Assembly (NCBI GenBank): GCA_029573725.1 | Contig: JAKQDQ010000093.1 | Location: 140,963 to 204,962, forward strand | DNA: 64,000 bases | Reading direction: 5' to 3' | DNA from: Verrucomicrobiota bacterium | Lineage (GTDB): Bacteria > Verrucomicrobiota > Verrucomicrobiia > Limisphaerales > JADLHS01 | Part shown: piece after piece, positions 19,518-29,102 of the stretch | Numbering within the stretch: the stretch's first letter is position 1 | Layout: each line of letters begins with the position of its first letter | Translations under genes and position numbers: made by a program | Notes under the pieces: generated by a model | Told to the model about the DNA's origin: nothing | Databases searched by the model: none | What the model saw: the letters and a program-made list of their open reading frames with translations, nothing else

Positions 19518-19991
19518 TTAGGTCTGCGACGTCGCGACGGGCGCCGCGGTCAGCAGTTCACATGTGCCGCCTTTACCCTCAATCTTCGCCCGGGCCGCCG
19601 CGCTGAACGCATGCGCGATCACGGTCAGCTTGCGCGTCAATTCACCGGTCCCCAGCACCTTGACGCCGTCCCCGCGGCCATTGACCAGGCCGCTCTGGCG
19701 CAACGCCGCTTCATCCACCCGGCTCCCCTCGGCAAACACGTTGAGAGCCTCTACGTTGACCGGCAGATAGCGGGTGGCGAACCGCGCATTGTTGAAACCG
19801 CGCTTGGGAATGCGCCGAATCAACGGCATCTGGCCGCCTTCAAAACCGATCCGCATGGAACTGCCGGACCGGGCGGACTGCCCCTTGCCACCCCGTCCCG
19901 CCGTTTTGCCACGACCGCTGGATTCGCCCTGTCCGATCCGCTTGCGCCGATGCTTAGCGCCCGGACGCGGTTTAAGATTATGTAAACGCAT
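19518..19991 (-). CDS. rplO: 50S ribosomal protein L15
   Basis: MRLHNLKPRPGAKHRRKRIGQGESSGRGKTAGRG... Confidence 0.96.
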   Translation of the reverse strand: MRLHNLKPRPGAKHRRKRIGQGESSGRGKTAGRGGKGQSARSGSSMRIGFEGGQMPLIRRIPKRGFNNARFATRYLPVNVEALNVFAEGSRVDEAALRQSGLVNGRGDGVKVLGTGELTRKLTVIAHAFSAAARAKIEGKGGTCELLTAAPVATSQT

Positions 19992-19997
19992 AAGAAA

Positions 19998-20651
19998 TTA
20001 GTTGCCGGCCGGAGCCGAGGCCGCCGCCCGGACTTCCAAACCACGGCTCTTGAAAATGTCCTGCCGCAAGCGCAGCTGCTGCAACCCGCTCAACGTGGCC
20101 TTCACCACATTGGCGGCATTTTTCGACCCCAACGACTTGCTCAGCACGTCGCGCACGCCGGCCGATTCCAGAACGGCCCGCACCGTCTTCCCGGCAATAA
20201 TGCCCGTTCCCGGCGAAGCGGGACGCAACAGTACACGCGCCCCGTCAAACTCCGAATAAACCTCGTGGGGAATCGTGGTGTCCTTCAGCGCGACAAACGT
20301 CATTTGCCGTCGGGCGTCCTCCCCGCCCCGGCGGATGGCATCCGCGACCTCGGTGGCCTTGCCCAGTCCCAGACCCACACGCCCCTTTTTGTCGCCCACC
20401 ACCACCAGCGCGCTGAATTTGAACCGGCGTCCCCCTTTGACGACTTTTGACGAACGATTGATGAAGACGACCTTCTCGATCAATTCCTCGCCACCGGGAC
20501 CATCAAATCGCACTTCGGGCGCATCGGCGCGTCGGCCGCGTCCGGCGCGCCCCCCGCGTCCCCCGCGCCCGCGGGCCAGGGCGCCCTCGCTCGCCGATGC
20601 GTTTTCGACTTCCTCTTTGTTAATGATTTCCGTCTCGGACTCGTTCGCCAT
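19998..20651 (-). CDS. rpsE: 30S ribosomal protein S5 (with an acidic/RGG-rich N-terminal extension of about 50 aa)
   Basis: The core INRSSKVVKGGRRFKFSALVVVGDKKGRVGLGLGKA is canonical S5. Confidence 0.95.
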   Translation of the reverse strand: MANESETEIINKEEVENASASEGALARGRGGRGGRAGRGRRADAPEVRFDGPGGEELIEKVVFINRSSKVVKGGRRFKFSALVVVGDKKGRVGLGLGKATEVADAIRRGGEDARRQMTFVALKDTTIPHEVYSEFDGARVLLRPASPGTGIIAGKTVRAVLESAGVRDVLSKSLGSKNAANVVKATLSGLQQLRLRQDIFKSRGLEVRAAASAPAGN

Positions 20652-20656
20652 AAAAA

Positions 20657-21019
20657 TTAGAATTGTAATCCCGTCTCGCGCGCCGCATCAGCCAAGGCCT
20701 TCACTTTGCCATGATATTTGGCGCTGCCGCGGTCGAAGACGATGGCTTTGATGCCCTTGTCCAAGGCCGCCCGCGCCGCCGCGCTGCCAACCGTCCTGGC
20801 GCCGGCCACGTTGGCCGCCAATTTTTGTTCCCGCAACGTCTTGCTGCGGGTGGAGGCGGCCGCCAGGGTTCGACCAACGGTGTCATCAATGAACTGCACG
20901 TAAATGTGCATCCCGGTAAAGACCACGCTCATCCGCGGCCGCTCGGCCGTGCCCACCACTTTCTTGCGCACCCGCCAACGGCGCAGCTGCTGCAACTTTC
21001 GTTTCTTCTGCGTTTGCAT
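20657..21019 (-). CDS. rplR: 50S ribosomal protein L18
   Basis: ...[20 protein letters not shown]...[26 protein letters not shown]. Confidence 0.96.
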   Translation of the reverse strand: MQTQKKRKLQQLRRWRVRKKVVGTAERPRMSVVFTGMHIYVQFIDDTVGRTLAAASTRSKTLREQKLAANVAGARTVGSAAARAALDKGIKAIVFDRGSAKYHGKVKALADAARETGLQF

Positions 21020-21062
21020 GTTGTTGATGCCACGGTTTTTGCCGTGACGACTAAATCAATGA

Positions 21063-21599
21063 TTATTGAACCGTCTTGCCTTCCTTGCGTTGGACATGTT
21101 CACCCGCATACCGCACGCCCTTGCCCTTGTAGGGCTCGGGCGGATAGTAGGCGCGGATTTCCGAAGCCACCTTGCCAACCAGCGCCTTGTCCGGCCCTTC
21201 AATGGTCAGCTTGGTGTTCTCTTCGACCGTGATCTTGATTTGCTCAGGAATGTCGTAATTAATCGGGTGCGAAAATCCGAGGTTCAAATTGACCACTTTC
21301 CCGGCAACGGCAGCTTTGAAACCCACGCCCTGAATCTCGAGTTTTTTGCTGAAACCGTCGGACACTCCCTTCACCATGTTGTGGACCAATGCCCGGCTCA
21401 ACCCATGCAGGGCCCGGGCCTGGGGATCATCGCCATCGCGTTTGACCACCACCTTGTCGCCCTCCACCTGGAGGCTGGTGCGTTGCGGCAGTTCCCAGTC
21501 CAGCTTGCCTTTCGGCCCCTCCACATGCACCTTCCGCCCTTTCACCTCGACCTTCACCTTGGCCGGGATGGCAATCGGTAATTTTCCAATACGCGACAT
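21063..21599 (-). CDS. rplF: 50S ribosomal protein L6
   Basis: MSRIGKLPIAIPAKVKVEV...GVGFKA...YKGKGVRY. Confidence 0.96.
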   Translation of the reverse strand: MSRIGKLPIAIPAKVKVEVKGRKVHVEGPKGKLDWELPQRTSLQVEGDKVVVKRDGDDPQARALHGLSRALVHNMVKGVSDGFSKKLEIQGVGFKAAVAGKVVNLNLGFSHPINYDIPEQIKITVEENTKLTIEGPDKALVGKVASEIRAYYPPEPYKGKGVRYAGEHVQRKEGKTVQ

Positions 21600-21609
21600 A
21601 AATGAATCC

Positions 21610-21996
21610 TCACCAAACGTAACAAAGCACTTCTCCGCCGATGTTCTTCTTGCGGGCCTGCTGTCCCGTCATCACGCCTTCGGAGGTGGAAAGCACCGCC
21701 ACCCCCAGCCCGCCGCGCACCCGCGGCATCTCGTCCGCCCCCACGTAATTGCGCAGGCCGGGGCGGCTGACACGCCGCAAACCTTCGATGACCGGTTTCT
21801 TCCCTTCATATTTCAAGCGCAGTTTGAGCGTCTTCCTTCCGGTGCTCTCGACCGCCACCTCGGAGATGTAACCTTCCGCCTTGAGAAGGTGCGCCAGGCT
21901 TTCCTTCAACTTGGAGTGGGGAATCTGCACGGTCGGCAACAACGCCCGCGACGCATTGCGAATCCGGGTCAACATGTCGGCAATCGGATCAATCAT
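21610..21996 (-). CDS. rpsH: 30S ribosomal protein S8
   Basis: MIDPIADMLTRIRNA...GGEVLCYVW. Confidence 0.96.
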   Translation of the reverse strand: MIDPIADMLTRIRNASRALLPTVQIPHSKLKESLAHLLKAEGYISEVAVESTGRKTLKLRLKYEGKKPVIEGLRRVSRPGLRNYVGADEMPRVRGGLGVAVLSTSEGVMTGQQARKKNIGGEVLCYVW

Positions 21997-22036
21997 ACTC
22001 GAAATGGCTCTTATTCTTTCGCTGGGAATTTAGGGA

Positions 22037-22306
22037 CTACCAACTGGCCTTGACCACCCCGGGGATCAGTCCGTTGGCCGCCGCTTCGCGGAAGGTCAGC
22101 CGGGAGCAGCCGAATTTCCGGAGGTAACCATGGCGGCGCCCCGTCATCGAACAACGGTTCACCAGCCGGGTTGGGCTGGCATCACGCGGCAGTTTCGCCA
22201 GGCCGGCGTAGTCCCGTCGGGCCTTCAATTCCGCGCGTTTGGCGGCGTATTTCTGAACCGTTGCTGCTTTGCGCTTGTTGCGCTCCAACCATGCTGTCTT
22301 CGCCAT
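22037..22306 (-). CDS. rpsN: 30S ribosomal protein S14 (long, non-zinc type)
   Basis: 89 aa, ...[24 protein letters not shown]...W. Confidence 0.95.
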   Translation of the reverse strand: MAKTAWLERNKRKAATVQKYAAKRAELKARRDYAGLAKLPRDASPTRLVNRCSMTGRRHGYLRKFGCSRLTFREAAANGLIPGVVKASW

Positions 22307-22323
22307 AAATAAATCGTTCGCTG

Positions 22324-22866
22324 TTACTTTTCTGCGAATGGGAAACCCATCTGCTTCAACAAATCCAACGCCTGCGCGTCACTCGTCGCGCTGGTCACAA
22401 TCGTGATGTCCATGCCCTGCTGCCGCTTTACCTTCTCCAGTTCGATCTCTGGAAAAATGGACTGGTCGGCGATGCCAAAGGTGTAATTGCCGCGACCGTC
22501 GAACTTGCGCGGCGACAGGCCGCGGAAGTCACGGATGCGCGGCAGGGTCACCGCCACCAAACGATCGAAAAACTCATACATTGCGTCCCGCCGCAAGGTG
22601 ACGCGGCAGCCAATCGGCTGGTCCTTGCGCAGCTTGAAATTCGCAATCGCCTTGCGGGAGCGGCTGATTGCCGGCTTGCGGCCGGTGATGGAGGTGAGGT
22701 CCTTGGCCGCATCCTCGAGGGCGCCCTTTTCCAGCGCCGCACTGACGCCCATGTTCACCACGATTTTTTCCATTTTGGGCACTTGGTGGACATTGGGGTA
22801 GTTGTGCTTGGCCTTCAGCGCCGGCACCACCTCATTGACGTATTTGTTATAAAGTCGGGATGTCAT
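22324..22866 (-). CDS. rplE: 50S ribosomal protein L5
   Basis: ...[12 protein letters not shown]...[14 protein letters not shown]... Confidence 0.96.
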   Translation of the reverse strand: MTSRLYNKYVNEVVPALKAKHNYPNVHQVPKMEKIVVNMGVSAALEKGALEDAAKDLTSITGRKPAISRSRKAIANFKLRKDQPIGCRVTLRRDAMYEFFDRLVAVTLPRIRDFRGLSPRKFDGRGNYTFGIADQSIFPEIELEKVKRQQGMDITIVTSATSDAQALDLLKQMGFPFAEK

Positions 22867-22908
22867 GTGTTTCGGTCACGGTTTGGGCCGTGACGCCTGG
22901 GTTCATTG

Positions 22909-23184
22909 TCACGCCTTGGCTTGGTTGCCCCCACGTTTCGCCGCCCGGGCGTCAAAGTCAGCGGCCAGCATCACATTGGAAACATGGACCGAACCTTCCC
23001 GCTCCACGATGGCCCCCTGGGGGTTTTGTTGGTTCTTGCGGGTATGGCGCTTGATCAGGGCCACCCCCTCCACAATGACGCGGCTCTTTTTGCCGAGCAC
23101 GTGAATGATGCGCCCGCGCTTGCCTTTGCTCGCCCCGGACAGCACCACCACCTCGTCATTTTTCTTTACGTGAAATCGCTTCAT
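22909..23184 (-). CDS. rplX: 50S ribosomal protein L24
   Basis: KOW motif: VKKNDEVVVLSGASKGKRGRI. Confidence 0.95.
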   Translation of the reverse strand: MKRFHVKKNDEVVVLSGASKGKRGRIIHVLGKKSRVIVEGVALIKRHTRKNQQNPQGAIVEREGSVHVSNVMLAADFDARAAKRGGNQAKA

Positions 23185-23188
23185 AACC

Positions 23189-23554
23189 TCAAATAACCTC
23201 CGGCGCCAGCGAAATGATCTTCATGAATTTCTTTTCGCGCAGTTCGCGGGCAACCGGGCCGAAAATGCGCGTGCCCTTTGGATTATGCTCCGCGTCAATG
23301 ATGACGCAGGCATTCCGGTCGAAACGCAGATACGAGCCATCGGACCGGCGGATGACCTGCCGGGTGCGCACGATGACGGCGTTGTGCACCTCGCCCTTTT
23401 TCACCTGCCCATCCGGCGCGGCATCCTTGATATGCACCTTCACCACGTCGCCAATGCCGGCGTAGGTTTGATTGCGCCCCAACACGCCGATGTTCCAGGC
23501 CACTTTCGCGCCCGTGTTATCAGCCACATCCAGATGAGAACGGACTTGCAACAT
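23189..23554 (-). CDS. rplN: 50S ribosomal protein L14
   Basis: [17 protein letters not shown]... from the ATG at 23554. The track's 7-codon upstream extension would overlap rpsQ, so I trimmed it. Confidence 0.95.
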   Translation of the reverse strand: MLQVRSHLDVADNTGAKVAWNIGVLGRNQTYAGIGDVVKVHIKDAAPDGQVKKGEVHNAVIVRTRQVIRRSDGSYLRFDRNACVIIDAEHNPKGTRIFGPVARELREKKFMKIISLAPEVI

Positions 23555-23564
23555 AAAATTGACC

Positions 23565-23864
23565 TCAAACCGCAACGCGCTCGACGCCGTCGCTCTTTTC
23601 CACCACCTCCACCAGCCGCCAGCGCTTCAGCTTGGACAGCGGCCGGGTCTCCTCGATCCGCACCTTGTCGCCCACCCTGGCCGCCGCCTGTTCGTCATGG
23701 GCGTAGAACTTCTTGTACGCCTTCACCACTTTCTTGAACCGCGGATGCGGAAACCGCCGCTCCACGCGCACCACGATGGTCTTGGCCATCTTGTTCGAGA
23801 TCACCTCACCCACGCGCTCCTTGCGGTGACCGCGTTTTTCTGCCGTTTGAGTTGTTTCAGCCAT
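23565..23864 (-). CDS. rpsQ: 30S ribosomal protein S17
   Basis: ...[37 protein letters not shown]... Confidence 0.95.
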   Translation of the reverse strand: MAETTQTAEKRGHRKERVGEVISNKMAKTIVVRVERRFPHPRFKKVVKAYKKFYAHDEQAAARVGDKVRIEETRPLSKLKRWRLVEVVEKSDGVERVAV

Positions 23865-23878
23865 ACCAGATTACCCCG

Positions 23879-24079
23879 TTAAGCCTGCTGCAAATTACGC
23901 AACTGCGACGCCCGCGTTTCGAGCCGCGCAATATCCCGTCGCAACGTCCGCAACCGGGCGGTTTTCTCCAGCTGGGCGCTGGCCTGCTGCAAACGCAGGT
24001 TAAACATTTCCAGACGCAAATCCCGGCTCTTGGCGAGCGCTTCGGTCAGCGTCATGTCTTTGATTTCCGAAAACTTCAT
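23879..24079 (-). CDS. rpmC: 50S ribosomal protein L29
   Basis: MKFSEIKDMTLTEALAKSRDLRLEMFNLRLQ... from the ATG at 24079, preceded by a GGAGGAG SD. The track's upstream extension was trimmed. Confidence 0.93.
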   Translation of the reverse strand: MKFSEIKDMTLTEALAKSRDLRLEMFNLRLQQASAQLEKTARLRTLRRDIARLETRASQLRNLQQA

Positions 24080-24101
24080 AATTCTCCTCCTCCGGCAGCG
24101 C

Positions 24102-24524
24102 CTAGGCGGCGCGTTGATGCCGGGAAACAAATTTGGTCTTGATCGGCAGTTTGGCGGCGGCCAGCCGCAGGCAGTTGCGGGCCACCGATTCCGGCACGCC
24201 GTCCACCTCGAACAGTATGTTGGCCGGGCGCACCACGGCCACCCAGCCTTCCACCGGCGCCTTGCCCTTGCCCATGCGGGTTTCGAGCGGCTTTTTGGTG
24301 AACGACTTTTGGGGAAACACCCGGATCCACAATTTGCCGTTGCGTTTCATCTCGCGCGAGATCGCCACACGCGCCGCCTCGAGTTGTTTGCTGTCCATCC
24401 AGCATCGTTCCAACGCCATCAGACCGTACTCACCAAAGGCCACCGTACTGCCGCGGTACGCCAGTCCCGCGCGGTTGCCCCGGTGCATTTTGCGATACTT
24501 CACTCTTGCTGGCTGTAAAGGCAT
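24102..24524 (-). CDS. rplP: 50S ribosomal protein L16
   Basis: [16 protein letters not shown]...RMGKGKG. Confidence 0.96.
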   Translation of the reverse strand: MPLQPARVKYRKMHRGNRAGLAYRGSTVAFGEYGLMALERCWMDSKQLEAARVAISREMKRNGKLWIRVFPQKSFTKKPLETRMGKGKAPVEGWVAVVRPANILFEVDGVPESVARNCLRLAAAKLPIKTKFVSRHQRAA

Positions 24525-24553
24525 ATTCGTCTCCTCGTCTCAAATTCCATTCC

Positions 24554-25222
24554 TCAACCGGCCACCGCCGCCGCCTCCGGCTTGGCGGCCTTGTGCGGCT
24601 GGTTCTCCCCCTTGCAAATCCAGCACTTGACACCCAATTTGCCGTACACGGTGTTGGCTTCGGCAAAACCGTAGTCCACGTTCGCCCGCAGGGTGTGCAG
24701 CGGAACGCGCCCCCAGTGGTACTTTTCCACCCGGGCGATTTCCGCCCCGCCCAGTCGCCCCGCACAACGGATCTTGATGCCTTCCGCCTTAAAATCCTTC
24801 GCAGTCTGCACCACCTTTTTCATCGCGCGCCGGAAGGAAACCCGGCGTTCCAGCTGCAACGCCACGTTTTCCGCCACCAATTGCGCGTCAATCTCCGGAG
24901 ACTTCACCTCCTGGATGTCCACGTAAATTTCCTTGCCGGTCATCCGGCTGAGATCCTCCTTGATCTTGTCAATTTCCGATCCCTTGCGGCCGATCACCAC
25001 CCCGGGTCGCGCCGTCAAAATCGTGATGCGGCAGCGGCTTGCCGCGCGCTCGATCAAAATTTTCGGCACCGCCGCGCCTTCGAGCTTCTTTTTCAGGATC
25101 GTGCGGATTTTGCGATCCTCCGCGAGCAGGCTGCCAAAGTCCTTCTTGGCGGAGTACCACTTGGAACGCCAGTCTTTGTTCACCGCGACCCGCAGGCCGA
25201 TTGGATTGGTTTTTTGCCCCAT
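24554..25222 (-). CDS. rpsC: 30S ribosomal protein S3
   Basis: [12 protein letters not shown]..., with a KH domain. Confidence 0.97.
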   Translation of the reverse strand: MGQKTNPIGLRVAVNKDWRSKWYSAKKDFGSLLAEDRKIRTILKKKLEGAAVPKILIERAASRCRITILTARPGVVIGRKGSEIDKIKEDLSRMTGKEIYVDIQEVKSPEIDAQLVAENVALQLERRVSFRRAMKKVVQTAKDFKAEGIKIRCAGRLGGAEIARVEKYHWGRVPLHTLRANVDYGFAEANTVYGKLGVKCWICKGENQPHKAAKPEAAAVAG

Positions 25223-25226
25223 AATA

Positions 25227-25559
25227 TTACTCGTCCGACAAGGTGATTTTGATGTGGCTGCGTCGCTTGATGATGGGCCCGGCCGATCCGCGCGCCTTCG
25301 GCACGACGCGCTTCAAGGAAGTTGCCGCGCCAGCCACGGCCTCCTTGACCACCAGGGACTCCGGCTTGGCCTTGTTGTTGTTCTCCGCATTGGCGATCGC
25401 CGATTTGAGCGTCTTGGCCACCAGGCGCGCCGATTTGCGCGGCACGACCGCCAGCACCGCCTGCGCCTGCAGCGCCGGCAGGCCCTGAATCTGCCGCACC
25501 ACCTCGCGCACTTTCTGCGCGGACATCGGCACATTTTTAAGAATTGCGTGGACTTGCAT
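25227..25559 (-). CDS. rplV: 50S ribosomal protein L22
   Basis: ...[14 protein letters not shown]...[10 protein letters not shown]. Confidence 0.95.
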   Translation of the reverse strand: MQVHAILKNVPMSAQKVREVVRQIQGLPALQAQAVLAVVPRKSARLVAKTLKSAIANAENNNKAKPESLVVKEAVAGAATSLKRVVPKARGSAGPIIKRRSHIKITLSDE

Positions 25560-25562
25560 AAC

Positions 25563-25844
25563 CTACTTGGCCTCCGCTTTCGCCGTGTGCGCACCATGCT
25601 TCTTGAACGTGCGCGTCAGGGAAAATTCCCCCAGGCGATGTCCCACCATGTTTTCCGTCACAAACACCGGATTGAACACCTTCCCGTTATGCACGGCAAA
25701 GGTTACCCCCACAAACTCGGGGGTGATCATTGAGCGGCGCGACCAGGTTTTGATCGGCGCCTTGGATTTTGCGGCCTTCGCCTTCTGGATCTTCTCCAGC
25801 AGGTGATGCTCGACAAACGGCCCCTTTTTAATCGAACGTCCCAT
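25563..25844 (-). CDS. rpsS: 30S ribosomal protein S19
   Basis: [16 protein letters not shown]...[22 protein letters not shown]. Confidence 0.97.
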   Translation of the reverse strand: MGRSIKKGPFVEHHLLEKIQKAKAAKSKAPIKTWSRRSMITPEFVGVTFAVHNGKVFNPVFVTENMVGHRLGEFSLTRTFKKHGAHTAKAEAK

Positions 25845-25848
25845 AAAA

Positions 25849-26703
25849 TTATTTGTTCTTCATCGGCCGCCCGTCGCGGCGCACCACGATAAACCGGTTG
25901 GATTGTTTGCGTTTCACGCGGGTCTTGTAGCCCTTGGCCAACAGTCCCCACGGCGAGGTCAGCTGTTGCCAGCCGCCGCCCCCCTTGGATTTGCCAGCCC
26001 CGCCACCGTTCGGATGATCCACTGGATTCCGCACCACCCCGCGGTTGATGGGCCGGATGCCGCGATGCCGCGAGCGACCGGCCTTGCCCAGAATGACATT
26101 CTCGTGCTCGGGATTGCCCACCTGGCCGATGGTGGCGTAACACTCCTCATTCACCCGGCGGATTTCCCCGGAAGGCAGACGAATTTGCGCATAACCTTCA
26201 TCGCGCGACATCAATGTGGCGGCCGCGCCCGCAGTGCGCACCATCTGGCCGCCGCGACCGGGAATCAGCTCGATGTTGTGCACGGACAACCCGACGGGAA
26301 TCGCCTTCAATGGCAGGGCGTTCCCCACCTCGGGCGGCGCACCCGGCCCGCTCAGAATTTTTCCTCCCACCTGGATCCCCACCGGGGCAATGATGTAGCG
26401 TTTCTCGCCGTCCTTGTAGTCCAGCAGCGCCAGGCGCGCGGATCGCAGGGGATCATACTCAATCGCCGCCACGGTCGCCTCCACGCCATGCTTGTTGCGC
26501 TTGAAATCCACCAGACGGATCTTTTGTTTGTGCCCGCCACCGATGCCGCGCGCGGTGATGCGACCGTAATGGTTGCGTCCACCCGTCTTTTTGCGCGTTT
26601 GAACGAGTGACCTTTCCGGCTGATGCTTCGTAACGTCGCTGAAATCTGCGAACGTGATGTAGCGCAGCGACGGCGTTAGCGGTCTAAAGGTTTTCACTGG
26701 CAT
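25849..26703 (-). CDS. rplB: 50S ribosomal protein L2
   Basis: [14 protein letters not shown]...[16 protein letters not shown]...HPNGGG.G. Confidence 0.97.
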   Translation of the reverse strand: MPVKTFRPLTPSLRYITFADFSDVTKHQPERSLVQTRKKTGGRNHYGRITARGIGGGHKQKIRLVDFKRNKHGVEATVAAIEYDPLRSARLALLDYKDGEKRYIIAPVGIQVGGKILSGPGAPPEVGNALPLKAIPVGLSVHNIELIPGRGGQMVRTAGAAATLMSRDEGYAQIRLPSGEIRRVNEECYATIGQVGNPEHENVILGKAGRSRHRGIRPINRGVVRNPVDHPNGGGAGKSKGGGGWQQLTSPWGLLAKGYKTRVKRKQSNRFIVVRRDGRPMKNK

Positions 26704-27091
26704 AAAAAATCCATGATTTCCAGTTGATGTTTACTCCCGAAGAGTTGGCAAACCCTCATTCCCGGCCCCGCTGTGGGGCTGCAGTTATCGGCTTGCAATA
26801 AAACTGGCCCTTTCGACTTCAAGCGAAAGGGACGCAGAGACTAGCAGAAGCCTTTCACGGCGCAATATCTTTTTTTGCAATTTTTATTGCGTGCCGGCAC
26901 GGGCCGGGTTTTGCCCACGCCCCACCGGCTGGAGCCCGGGCCGGCGGCCTCCCGCGCCACCTTCGTATCCGCCCGTCAAAACACGGCGCTGTCTCCGGAT
27001 AAAGACGTTCCCCCGCGCTCCCGGCTTTGACACCGGCGGCCGCGCAAGCCAGAATCGGGGCGTTGCTGAACTGACAAACAAGGATCCCGAC

Positions 27092-28609
27092 ATGAAAAAA
27101 TTCGGCTGGCGAATGCTGCGCTGGGGCGCGGCACTCCTGGTGGTTCTGGCGGCCGCCCTGGTGTTGCGGGGCCTTTATGCCTTTCGTGACCGTTCGCCGG
27201 GCTATCAACTGGATCTGAGGCTCGGCCCCTCCAGCGCCAGCGCCACGCCAAAGCCGCTGCGCGTCGGATTCGGTCGGGTCAAGATCAATCCGGATTTGAG
27301 CGATCCCCGGCGCCCCGTATGGCTGGCCGGTTTCAGCCAGAACCGCGCAGCGACCGGCATCCATGACGACCTGTGGGCGGTGGCCTGTGTCCTGGATGAC
27401 GGCGACACGCGCATCGGCATCGTAGGCCTGGACGCAATTGGTTTCTTTCATGACGACGTCATTGCGGTGCGCCGCGCCTGCCGTCCCGAATGGAAACTCG
27501 ACTACGCGATCGTCTGCGCCATGCACAATCACTCCACCCCCGACCTGATGGGGCTCTGGGGCCCCAACCCGCTGCGCTCCGGTGTGGATCAGCGCTACCG
27601 GCGGCAGGTCATTTCCGCCGCCGCCCAGGCGCTGGGCGACGCCACGGCGGCGTTGCAGCCCGCCCTGGTGGCGTTTCATGAAATCCCGATGTCCCCGGAC
27701 GGCCTGGTGGCGGACACCCGCAAACCGATCGTGTTCGACCCCGACATTCGCGTGATGCACTTCACCAGTCCCACGCAAGGGACCACGATCGGAACGATTG
27801 TAGGCTGGGCCAACCATCCGGAAACGCCTTGGAGCAAAAACACGGAAATCACCGCGGATTTTTGCGGCTTTCTACGCGAAACCCTGGAACACGGCTTTTC
27901 GCACGACGGCCACACCTTCGCCCGGGGACTCGGCGGCATTCACCTCTACGTCAACGGCGCGGTCGGCGGCTTGATGACGACGCACCCAACTGTGACGGTG
28001 CACGATCCCTGGTTGAACCAGGACTTCAAAGAGCCGTCACACGACAAATCCCGGGCGGTGGCGCATCGTCTGGCCGCCGGCATCCTGCCGCAACTCGTCA
28101 AAGCCGGTGCGCCCGCCACCAATGCGGTGGCCATCAGCGTCCGGGCCCGCACCCTGGAACTTCCGGTGGACAACAAACTGTTCCTGGCCGCGAGTTACCT
28201 GGGGCTGTTGGATCGAGGACACGCGCACTGGAAAAAAATGCGCACCGAAGTGGCGCTGGTGACGATTGGTGAGGCCAGCATCGCCTGTGTGCCGGGTGAA
28301 ATTTATCCCGAAATTGTCAACGGTGGCATTGAGCACCCGGAGGGGGCGGATTTCGACCTCGCGCCCCTGGAGGTTCCACCGCTGCGCGAACTCATGCCCG
28401 GGCGCATCAAGTTCGTGTTCGGCCTGGCCAACGACGAACTGGGCTACCTCATTCCGAAAAGCGAATGGGACGTGGCACCGCCGCACCTTTATGGCTCGCA
28501 GGGCGTCTATGGCGAAGTCAATTCCTGCGGCCCGGATTCTGCCTGGCTGCTGCATCAGGCGCTCGGCGCACTTTGTCGCGACCTGAAATCCACCACCTCC
28601 TCCCCTTGA
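27092..28609 (+). CDS. Membrane-anchored or secreted neutral/alkaline ceramidase-like N-terminal-domain hydrolase (function unknown)
   Basis: ATG at 27092 (MKKFGWRMLRWGAALLVVLAAAL TM/signal). LRVGFGRVKINP...VWLAGF..NRAATGIHDDLWAVACVLDDGDTRIGIVGLDAIGF matches the N-terminal pattern of the ceramidase-like family. The track's 67 upstream codons are Pro/Arg-rich and were trimmed. Confidence 0.7.
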   Translation: MKKFGWRMLRWGAALLVVLAAALVLRGLYAFRDRSPGYQLDLRLGPSSASATPKPLRVGFGRVKINPDLSDPRRPVWLAGFSQNRAATGIHDDLWAVACVLDDGDTRIGIVGLDAIGFFHDDVIAVRRACRPEWKLDYAIVCAMHNHSTPDLMGLWGPNPLRSGVDQRYRRQVISAAAQALGDATAALQPALVAFHEIPMSPDGLVADTRKPIVFDPDIRVMHFTSPTQGTTIGTIVGWANHPETPWSKNTEITADFCGFLRETLEHGFSHDGHTFARGLGGIHLYVNGAVGGLMTTHPTVTVHDPWLNQDFKEPSHDKSRAVAHRLAAGILPQLVKAGAPATNAVAISVRARTLELPVDNKLFLAASYLGLLDRGHAHWKKMRTEVALVTIGEASIACVPGEIYPEIVNGGIEHPEGADFDLAPLEVPPLRELMPGRIKFVFGLANDELGYLIPKSEWDVAPPHLYGSQGVYGEVNSCGPDSAWLLHQALGALCRDLKSTTSSP

Positions 28610-28610
28610 C

Positions 28611-29102
28611 ATGCACGCTGCGCTCCTTCTCCGCAAAATGCTGCTGCCGCTGGGCCTGGGCTTGGCCGTGGGATTGACGGGTTGCGCCACCCGGCGCGGC
28701 CCGCAAATCAGCCTCGTGAATTTGAAGCTGATGACCGCCACCCCCTTTGAAACCACCGCCCAGGTCACCTTGCGCCTGAGCAACCCCTTTCCCGATCCCC
28801 TTCAGCTCGACGGCGGCGTCCATAAAATCTATCTCAACTGCCTCTATATCGGGGAGGGATTGAGCCACGACGCACTCACCCTCCCGCGACTCGGCAGCGC
28901 CACCCAGGAGGTGACGGTGCATCTGGACAACTTCAGGCTGGCAACACGGCTCCGGCCCATCATTGAAAGGCGCCGTTTCGATTACCGCATCCGAAGCATC
29001 GTCTTTGCGGCGGCGGGCACCGCGCGCTGGCGCTCGGAAAATCGCGGCCAATTGGATCTGAAAAGCTTTCCGGCCGCAACATCCGGCCCCCCCCGTCCAT
29101 AA
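28611..29102 (+). CDS. LEA_2 (LEA14/NDR1-HIN1-like) domain lipoprotein
   Basis: Lipobox LAVGLTGC, then ISLVNLKLMTATPFETTAQVTLRLSNPFPDPLQLDGGVHKIYLN, typical of the LEA type-2 beta-sandwich. It starts 2 nt after the preceding stop; an alternative start is 28638. Confidence 0.7.
   Translation: MHAALLLRKMLLPLGLGLAVGLTGCATRRGPQISLVNLKLMTATPFETTAQVTLRLSNPFPDPLQLDGGVHKIYLNCLYIGEGLSHDALTLPRLGSATQEVTVHLDNFRLATRLRPIIERRRFDYRIRSIVFAAAGTARWRSENRGQLDLKSFPAATSGPPRP

Noticed and set aside
23555-23575. Upstream extensions of track ORFs. These affect rplN here, and also rpmC to 24130, gnd from 46801, tgt to 61298, the ABC ATPase to 62557, the ceramidase-like gene from 26891, the oxidoreductase to 51330, and others.
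   Set aside because: The extensions begin at TTG or GTG or at far-upstream ATGs, overlap neighbouring genes and add non-homologous residues. Internal ATGs reproduce the canonical N-termini or signal peptides.
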